Shown: positions 57,482-64,000 of the stretch, one piece after another | Position numbering within the stretch: position 1 is the first letter of the stretch | Layout: every line of letters starts with the position of its first letter | IMG/VR virus record: IMGVR_UViG_3300046323_000234 | Reading direction: 5' to 3' (one strand) | DNA: 64,000 nt | Origin: a virus | The notes under the pieces: model-generated | The model's database searches: none | What the model was told of the DNA's origin: nothing | Seen by the model: the letters and a program-made list of their open reading frames with translations, nothing else | Made by a program: the position numbers and the translations under genes

Positions 57482-58090
57482 ATGGAATCACGAGATTTTT
57501 ATTTAGGATTGGATATATCAACAACTAATATTGGATTGGCCTTATTTAATGATAAGGGTGCATTGGTTGAATTAAAACATTTAAAATTACACACCGATGT
57601 AAAAACTACACCAGATACAGATAGATATCTAATTAAAGGTGATCAGTTTTATAAATTCTTAATTTCATATCGTGATCATGTTAAAACAACATATGAAGCT
57701 GATATAAAAACAATATTCGTTGAAGAACCATTAATGATGTCAAATAATCAATTTACATCAGCATTGTTACAAAAATTTAATGGAGTCTGTTGTTATATAA
57801 TTAAAATTATATTTGGTATATGTCCAGAGATGATTAGTGTACACGAAGCTAGATCATTATTCTGTCCAGAATTTGTAAAAACCAAAACAGTTAAAGGTAA
57901 ACTCACCAAAACTTTATCATTTCCAAAAGAAATCGATAAGAAAGAATACATCTGGAAAAAGGTGGCCTCAATGGAAAGAGATATCCAATGGATATTCAAT
58001 AAGAAAGGTGATATAGCACAAGAAAATTATGATATGAGTGATGCTTATTGTGTTGGGGTCGCAAAACTTAGAGAAAAGAAAATATTATAA
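57482..58090 (+). CDS. RuvC-like Holliday junction resolvase
   Basis: LGLDISTTNIG, FVEEP, D.SDA. Confidence 0.8.
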   Translation: MESRDFYLGLDISTTNIGLALFNDKGALVELKHLKLHTDVKTTPDTDRYLIKGDQFYKFLISYRDHVKTTYEADIKTIFVEEPLMMSNNQFTSALLQKFNGVCCYIIKIIFGICPEMISVHEARSLFCPEFVKTKTVKGKLTKTLSFPKEIDKKEYIWKKVASMERDIQWIFNKKGDIAQENYDMSDAYCVGVAKLREKKIL

Positions 58091-58096
58091 TTAAAT

Positions 58097-58411
58097 TTGA
58101 AAGATATTGTTTATATTTATTTAATTAAATCTTCCATTAACAATTATTATAAGATTGGTATTGCAAAAGATATTAATAAAAGAATGAAAACATTGCAAAC
58201 AGGCAATGCTGAAGAATTAATATTAATAAATAATTATAAAACAACATCAAATGTTGTTTCTAAATTAGAATTCTCATTACATAATTATTATAATTTGAAA
58301 CATATAAAGGGAGAATGGTTTGGATTGGATGATAAAGATTTAGAAGAATTTAGTTATATTTGTGAGAAAAATGAAAGAAATTTGATTTATTTACAAGAAA
58401 ACCAAATATAA
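58097..58411 (+). CDS. GIY-YIG superfamily (T5orf172/MUG113-like) protein
   Basis: YIYLI, YKIGIA...KR...LQTGN, E..LH, GEWF. Confidence 0.85.
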   Translation: MKDIVYIYLIKSSINNYYKIGIAKDINKRMKTLQTGNAEELILINNYKTTSNVVSKLEFSLHNYYNLKHIKGEWFGLDDKDLEEFSYICEKNERNLIYLQENQI

Positions 58412-58412
58412 A

Positions 58413-58444
58413 TTTGCATGTTATAACATAACGATATAGTTTTG
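58413..58444 (+). promoter_or_regulatory. Bacteroidota-type promoter
   Basis: TTTG-N20-TAGTTTTG, exact consensus match. Confidence 0.7.
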
Positions 58445-58484
58445 TTTAAAATTAAATTGAAATAAATCAAATAACAGTTAAAGA

Positions 58485-60101
58485 ATGAATAATATTCCCA
58501 ATAACACATTATTAAGAGCAATTGAAGTACTTGAAAAAGCAATAAGTGAAAATAAACCATATACACAAGTTTGTAGTCAATTAGGATTTTGTGGTAGAAC
58601 AATTAGAAGTGTACGTAAAACACTTACTAAATATGTAAGTGAAAATAATTTACCATATCATTATGATGTATTATTTGTAAATAAATTTCTACAATTGTGT
58701 GATATTATATCCAATAGAGATAAAGCATCATCAACATATAATTATACATTAAATACTCAGCATAAAAATGTGTTAAATGAGGATGAGGGTATTGATTTAG
58801 AAAGATCAAAAACATGGGAAGATAGAGATACATCAAATAAAATAACTAAATATAATTACCATATTTTGATTAGAGATGAAGATCCATTTATTGGACATCT
58901 TACGACTGATCAAATGGAGCAGATTTTTGCGAACTATCCATATGTAACTAGAAATACAGTATCTAGTTATTTTCCATATCTAACATTTCAACAGTTTAAA
59001 AGACTTCTTAGAGTATTCAATATTACCAAAGATAGATTATTTCCAAAACATATATTGGAAAATAAATCAGAAGATGAGATTGCTGAATTTGCACTAAAGG
59101 CCAAAGAACATTCAGCATTAAAGAAATATGTTGAACAAAAACCATTATTTGTTGAAAAGGTATTGAGAGATACCCAATCTGAATTAATGGAGTTAAAAGA
59201 TAAAAGAGCTTGGTATAATGGAATAGTAAAGGAAGTATTTGAGAATATTAATGATATAAATAAATTTAGTGTTACATATTCAAATAATGCATCAGAGAAA
59301 GCACTTATTATATTTTTATCAGATCATCATATTGGTGCATCAAACAACAATGCACAATTCAGCAAACCATATAACAAAGAAGTTTATTATTCTAGATTAA
59401 AACAAATTCTATCCGAAGTTAGAGAACTTAAACAAGATAATAAAAAATTCGATAAGATTATTGTCATGAATCTTGGCGATGCATTAGATGGTTGGAAAGC
59501 TGAAACAACAAGAGGTGGACATAAACTTCCACAAAATATGAATGATAGAGAACAATTTAAAACATATGTTGAATCAATGGTTATGTTTTTTCAAGAATTA
59601 CATGGATTTGATTTGGCAAATAATATTGAATTTGTTTCCGTTGCCGAATCCAATCACGGAGGTGATGCTGAATATAATGCCAATTATGCATTAAAATATA
59701 TATTTGATTTTAAGTTTCCAGATTTAAAATTCAAAATGTTTGAAAAGTTTGTTGAGCATATAACATACGGTGAACATACATATATCATTAATCACGGAAA
59801 GGATAATGATAAGATGATTAGAAATCTTCCATTACATTTAGATTTTAAAACAGAACTATTTTTTGATAACTACATTAAACACAATAAAATAACTTCCAAA
59901 TATATTTCAGTAGTTAAAGGTGACCTACACCAATACGCCAGCGAAGTTGGAAAGAAACTAAAGTACACCAATATTCCCTCAATATATGGGGGATCAACAT
60001 GGACAGATGCAAACTTTGGATATACTTGTCCAGCATTTGTTTATCAAGTAGTATCAAAGTATACCAATAAAATAACTGAAACGTATATTGAATTGGATTA
60101 A
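58485..60101 (+). CDS. calcineurin-like metallophosphoesterase with N-terminal extension
   Basis: SDHHIG, GDALDG, SNHG, NHG, GDLH. Confidence 0.8.
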   Translation: MNNIPNNTLLRAIEVLEKAISENKPYTQVCSQLGFCGRTIRSVRKTLTKYVSENNLPYHYDVLFVNKFLQLCDIISNRDKASSTYNYTLNTQHKNVLNEDEGIDLERSKTWEDRDTSNKITKYNYHILIRDEDPFIGHLTTDQMEQIFANYPYVTRNTVSSYFPYLTFQQFKRLLRVFNITKDRLFPKHILENKSEDEIAEFALKAKEHSALKKYVEQKPLFVEKVLRDTQSELMELKDKRAWYNGIVKEVFENINDINKFSVTYSNNASEKALIIFLSDHHIGASNNNAQFSKPYNKEVYYSRLKQILSEVRELKQDNKKFDKIIVMNLGDALDGWKAETTRGGHKLPQNMNDREQFKTYVESMVMFFQELHGFDLANNIEFVSVAESNHGGDAEYNANYALKYIFDFKFPDLKFKMFEKFVEHITYGEHTYIINHGKDNDKMIRNLPLHLDFKTELFFDNYIKHNKITSKYISVVKGDLHQYASEVGKKLKYTNIPSIYGGSTWTDANFGYTCPAFVYQVVSKYTNKITETYIELD

Positions 60102-60109
60102 TTAAAAAT

Positions 60110-60313
60110 ATGGAAATAAAAACAGTAAGTTCATTTAAATTAAATGAAAGAGAAATTAAAGATGCAATTAGAAACTATTGTGTTGATAAATTAAGAGAAT
60201 TTGAAAATATAGAATTGGAAAACGTTGATATACTTGGATATGATAATGATGTAAAGGCAACTGTTAATGACTTTGTTGCTATAGTAACGGTTGTTAAAAC
60301 TAATGTAATATAA
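60110..60313 (+). CDS. hypothetical protein
   Basis: ORF in operon. Confidence 0.5.
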   Translation: MEIKTVSSFKLNEREIKDAIRNYCVDKLREFENIELENVDILGYDNDVKATVNDFVAIVTVVKTNVI

Positions 60314-60324
60314 ATTAATTAATT

Positions 60325-60804
60325 ATGTTAAAAAATACTGATATTAAAGTTGGTAATTGGATTGGTAGTGGTGTGAAATTTGAAGACACATCACTTATTG
60401 GTAATGTTCTTGAAATTGGTAACGATGATAGGGAATTTGAACAAGTCTGGTGTCAATGCGATGAAAGTTTCGAGTGGTTTTTTAAAGATAACTATTGTGG
60501 AATTCCAATAACAAATGATTGGCATATTCTTCTTGGTGGTGTAAAAAATGGATTTAATTCATATGAATATGATATCTCTAGATTTGAATCTGGTGAATTA
60601 AAATTATCATTTTCTGGTGATTATTTAATAATAACTGAATTTGATAAAGATAAGAAAATTCCAAACGATTTAATTGTCTTGTGGAATAAAGACATAAAGA
60701 AAGAATTTTATGTTCACGAGTTCCAAAATTTATATAAATCAATAACAGGTAAAGATTTAGTTTACAATATTGAAGATGTTTATAAAAAGTTTGAAAAATT
60801 ATAA
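60325..60804 (+). CDS. hypothetical protein of a common Bacteroidota phage family
   Basis: (L/I)KVGNW, IPIT..W..L.G, YVHE.QNLY...TG..L. Confidence 0.6.
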   Translation: MLKNTDIKVGNWIGSGVKFEDTSLIGNVLEIGNDDREFEQVWCQCDESFEWFFKDNYCGIPITNDWHILLGGVKNGFNSYEYDISRFESGELKLSFSGDYLIITEFDKDKKIPNDLIVLWNKDIKKEFYVHEFQNLYKSITGKDLVYNIEDVYKKFEKL

Positions 60805-60807
60805 GTT

Positions 60808-61179
60808 ATGTTCTGCAATTATATAAATGATATTTATAAAAACCATATTCACCCCAATCTAATAGATGATGAGTTTAAATACACAAAACTTTTAGAGGAA
60901 ACTTTTTTTGATTTATATAATCAAATATCATATAAACAACATTCAAATTGGGGTATTGAATATTGTATGAATAAAGGAACTATATTATTTAGATTGGTTA
61001 GAATTACAACAAAAACTGATGCATTATATTGTACCAATAGTTCATTTAATATTATGATGGATATTTTTAATAATAAAAACTGCAATATTTATCATAATAT
61101 AGAATTGATTATATATAAATATCAATTATTTAATATTATTGACGGTAATTTTTTTTATGTTACAAGATTAAAATTATAA
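60808..61179 (+). CDS. family A paralogue
   Basis: MFCNYINDIYKNHIHPNLIDDEFKY. Confidence 0.7.
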   Translation: MFCNYINDIYKNHIHPNLIDDEFKYTKLLEETFFDLYNQISYKQHSNWGIEYCMNKGTILFRLVRITTKTDALYCTNSSFNIMMDIFNNKNCNIYHNIELIIYKYQLFNIIDGNFFYVTRLKL

Positions 61180-61692
61180 TAAAACAAAATCCTCTTTAAC
61201 TGGAATGGTAATTATTCTTCTGTAATACGTGGAATAACCACCATAGGATTGGTTTAGTGATTCATTAATATAATTAGCATCAACCACTTCATAGAAGCGT
61301 CTTCTGTTTGAACTTTGATTGTATTCGATTACATCACCTCTATTAATAGTTGTTTTTGTCTCATCAAGTTCTTTATCATAGATATTAAATATAAGTGACT
61401 GTACATCTTGTCTAATGATTCCAGTATCAGATAGATACTTTTGTTCTTCTGATGACATTTCAGATATCCATACATTTAATCTAATTGCTGATTTAAACTT
61501 TTTATCGGTTGGTTTTGCTTCACCATAGAAATCATCAACAATAGATTCGATTATATTTGCACAATATAATAAAATATTAAAATTGGTATCATTTGAGTAA
61601 TAATGTCTACCATAGTTAATATCCAATCCAAACGAATCTTCGTTATAGAATAGTGATAATCTGTCGTTATATTGTTTATCTAAATTGCTCAT
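61174..61692 (-). CDS. neck / head-closure protein, T4 gp14-like
   Basis: DDFYGEA, GD.IEY...FYEV; downstream of the gp13-like gene. Confidence 0.6.
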   Translation of the reverse strand: MSNLDKQYNDRLSLFYNEDSFGLDINYGRHYYSNDTNFNILLYCANIIESIVDDFYGEAKPTDKKFKSAIRLNVWISEMSSEEQKYLSDTGIIRQDVQSLIFNIYDKELDETKTTINRGDVIEYNQSSNRRRFYEVVDANYINESLNQSYGGYSTYYRRIITIPVKEDFVLL

Positions 61693-61705
61693 ATAATATT
61701 ATATT

Positions 61706-62821
61706 TTATAAGGTGTAAAATGGATTAACATGTGGTTGATATTGTAATGCTTTATTAATATTTTCAGCAATGGCAGCTTTATCTTCTGTCATTTGTCTTA
61801 ATGTTAATTTTTTTAATGTTTCATCTATTTCAGTTTTTACAGCTTCCATTTCTTTTTCACCCTCTTCCAATAGATGTCTATAATCCATTGTCATTTGTTG
61901 ATCACCAGCTTTAAGTTCACCAGTAAAGAATCCTCTAATACCACCAATAGCTTTCTTAACTTCGGCTAAGAACATTCTTCTAACTCTTGTTTTGGATATT
62001 GAATTTAATTGTTCCCAAGTCAATGATTCGATAGGTACATCGTTTGGTAGTTTAATGATATCATTATTTGCTTCTAAGCACTTATCTCTACCCAAACTAT
62101 TAGCAGTATCATAATAAAAATACCATACCTTAGAGCCATCTAAATGCTTTCCAAATCTATCACCAATTTCATAATTATTTCCAGGAATTGGATATAAATA
62201 TAATAATTTAGTACCATTAGCACCAGCAGTTATTCTATATGTCATTTCTGAATCAACAATACGTCTTTTCATTGATCTATCTTGTGCAGATAATAAAGTT
62301 GAATATGTTGGTTGCATATATTGTGCAGGTCTACCCATATAAGACCAACCGAAAGCACCAGCGTTCCAATTACTGTTTGAATGCATATCACCAATACCAG
62401 CATCAATAAATGGTGGTGTATACCATAACACTTCATTTACTTCTCTATCTGCTGGAATTGTATATACTTGTGTATTTCCTGATATTAATACAAAATCTTT
62501 TTTTAATTCCCATTCAGATGGTGAACCACTACCAAGACCAACTTGTTTAGAATAAGCATATGTAAATGATTTTTCAAAATCAAGTGTTTTTGTTGTTAAT
62601 GCAAATGTTAATTCAGCAGTACTTAAATCCAATCCTTGAAGTGTTGACCATTGTTGTTCAATTAACCAATTATTAATAAATGATGAATAATCCTCAAGAG
62701 ATATTGAAAAATATGTATCTAACATCTCATCACTAAGTTCAAAAACCCTTAATGGATATCCTAATTGATGTTTTATTCTTAAATAAAGAATATCTCTATC
62801 TTTTTTTGTTATTAATTGCAT
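61706..62821 (-). CDS. neck protein, T4 gp13-like
   Basis: IKHQLGYP...EL.DE.L; L.LYP.P; A..K..IG.IRG.F.G; L..EG..E. Confidence 0.75.
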   Translation of the reverse strand: MQLITKKDRDILYLRIKHQLGYPLRVFELSDEMLDTYFSISLEDYSSFINNWLIEQQWSTLQGLDLSTAELTFALTTKTLDFEKSFTYAYSKQVGLGSGSPSEWELKKDFVLISGNTQVYTIPADREVNEVLWYTPPFIDAGIGDMHSNSNWNAGAFGWSYMGRPAQYMQPTYSTLLSAQDRSMKRRIVDSEMTYRITAGANGTKLLYLYPIPGNNYEIGDRFGKHLDGSKVWYFYYDTANSLGRDKCLEANNDIIKLPNDVPIESLTWEQLNSISKTRVRRMFLAEVKKAIGGIRGFFTGELKAGDQQMTMDYRHLLEEGEKEMEAVKTEIDETLKKLTLRQMTEDKAAIAENINKALQYQPHVNPFYTL

Positions 62822-62835
62822 TTGGTATATCTTTG
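62805..62835 (+). promoter_or_regulatory. Bacteroidota-type promoter for clpP
   Basis: TTTG-N19-TATCTTTG. Confidence 0.65.
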
Positions 62836-62842
62836 CTTTAAT

Positions 62843-62853
62843 TATAAATAGTT
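62843..62853 (-). promoter_or_regulatory. late motif AACTATTTATA for the neck operon
   Basis: TATAAATAGTT on +, 21 nt upstream of the minus-strand ATG at 62821. Confidence 0.8.
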
Positions 62854-62876
62854 AAACAATTAAATCAAATAATTTT

Positions 62877-63644
62877 ATGAATGAACAAAAACTATGTAAC
62901 GATTTTAAAAAATATGCTTTAAGTAAAGGCATCTCATCAATGAATCTTCATTATCATGAACAAAATATCGAGGCAAACATGACTCCATACATTTTGGAAG
63001 AAAGAGAAATGAGGGTAACACAGATGGATATCTTTTCAAGGATGATGAAAGATAGAATTATGTGGGTTGCTGGCGAAGTAAATGATCAAATGTCAACCAT
63101 TGTGCAAGCCCAATTATTATTTTTGGATTCGGTTGAACATAATAGTAAATCAGCTAGAGATATATATATGTACGTAGACACCCCAGGTGGTTCTGTTAAA
63201 TCTGGATTATCAATGGTTGATGTAATGAGATATATAACTTGTGATGTTGCAACAATTAATACTGGAATGGCAGCATCGATGGGTTCAGTATTATTATCAT
63301 CAGGTACAAAAAAGAAAAGATCTGCATTGAATTTCTCAAAAGTGATGATTCATCAATTGTCAAGTGGTACTAGAGGACATATCGAAGATAATAGAATTAA
63401 TCAAATCGAATCCGAAAAGTATAATTATGTTTTATTTAAAATTCTTGCAGAAAATTGTGGAAAAACATTTGATGAAGTGATTGAATCAGCTAGAAGAGAT
63501 AAATGGTTCACTTCACAAGAAGCAAAAGATTTTGGATTGGTTGATGAAGTTTTATTAAGTAAAAAACAAGGTGTAACACCAATAGCCGATTATTTGATTG
63601 GATTTGATGAATATCAAAGGAAAGAATTGGATAGATTAAAATAA
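62877..63644 (+). CDS. clpP: ATP-dependent Clp protease proteolytic subunit
   Basis: DIFSR..KDRI, AQLLFL, PGGSV, GMAASMG (Ser), MIHQ (His), RDKW (Asp), EA..FGLVD. Confidence 0.95.
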   Translation: MNEQKLCNDFKKYALSKGISSMNLHYHEQNIEANMTPYILEEREMRVTQMDIFSRMMKDRIMWVAGEVNDQMSTIVQAQLLFLDSVEHNSKSARDIYMYVDTPGGSVKSGLSMVDVMRYITCDVATINTGMAASMGSVLLSSGTKKKRSALNFSKVMIHQLSSGTRGHIEDNRINQIESEKYNYVLFKILAENCGKTFDEVIESARRDKWFTSQEAKDFGLVDEVLLSKKQGVTPIADYLIGFDEYQRKELDRLK

Positions 63645-63648
63645 TAAT

Positions 63649-63691
63649 ATCAATCCAATAACTTTATTTAAAATATTATTGGATTGATTTT
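63649..63691. terminator. hairpin between convergent genes, possible bidirectional terminator
   Basis: ATCAATCCAATAA...TTATTGGATTGAT. Confidence 0.6.
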
Positions 63692-63696
63692 AATAA

Positions 63697-63999
63697 TTAA
63701 AACACTGAATCATCATCATCATCTTTTTTAGTTGGTGATGATTTTTTTGTTGATTTAGATTCGTTTAATGAATCAATATTGGAGTTAGCATTAGGATCTT
63801 TTTTAAATGTTTTAAATCCTAATAATGTTAAAATAAAAAAACTAAGTTCACCAAACAAAACATGGTCAAATTCATGTTTATCATGCATAATATATAAGCC
63901 AAATACTAAATACGCTATGTACATGAAGAAAGACGACATTGCCAAGAACTTGGTAATGCTAAATTTGTCCGATCCTCTATCTAATAATAGATCAAATAA
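63697..63999 (-). CDS. small two-TM membrane protein (holin-like), 5' end beyond the window
   Basis: Frame stays open to the window edge; two hydrophobic helices and a charged tail. Confidence 0.5.
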   Translation of the reverse strand, partial: LFDLLLDRGSDKFSITKFLAMSSFFMYIAYLVFGLYIMHDKHEFDHVLFGELSFFILTLLGFKTFKKDPNANSNIDSLNESKSTKKSSPTKKDDDDDSVF

Positions 64000-64000
64000 T

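Noticed and set aside
1-64000. Stop-codon reassignment as in some large phages
   Set aside because: Core genes are full length in the standard code; TAG and TGA occur as ordinary stops (e.g. 44475, 12872, 45123)
1-64000. Complete DGR cassette (TR, RT, avd) within the window
   Set aside because: No second copy of the VR-like segment and no reverse transcriptase (YxDD) ORF seen

Overview
A very AT-rich, gene-dense 64 kb segment of a large T4-like (myovirus) phage genome, almost all on the + strand. The host is probably Bacteroidota, inferred from TTTG-N19/20-TAnnTTTG promoters and A-rich translation starts with no obvious Shine-Dalgarno. It carries replication and nucleotide genes (DnaB-like helicase, nrdA/nrdB, SNF2 helicase, PolB, RuvC-like resolvase, dATP/dGTP diphosphohydrolase-HAD fusion, CCA-adding enzyme, ClpP). 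It also carries tail fibre, baseplate and neck genes, and a block of probable head-packaged enzymes. About 19 genes are preceded by a conserved (AA)CTATTTATA late-promoter-like motif. Main leads: (1) an [S/T]-[G/A]-x-T motif saturates the outer virion proteins, has overwritten canonical repeat residues, and co-occurs with a late-expressed glycosyltransferase, suggesting a virion glycosylation sequon; (2) about 10 small paralogues share a 22-aa motif, and one ends in a GC-rich, A-depleted DGR-like variable region followed by a GC hairpin; (3) late-expressed polyproteins (2H phosphodiesterase/Acb1-like, GNAT, ART-like, NUDIX, ParB, WYL) have [ILMV]-x-E sites at domain junctions; (4) an orphan C-terminal tail of a different RNR subclass is stranded behind a homing endonuclease. 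Product calls come from recognising motifs by eye; no database searches were run.
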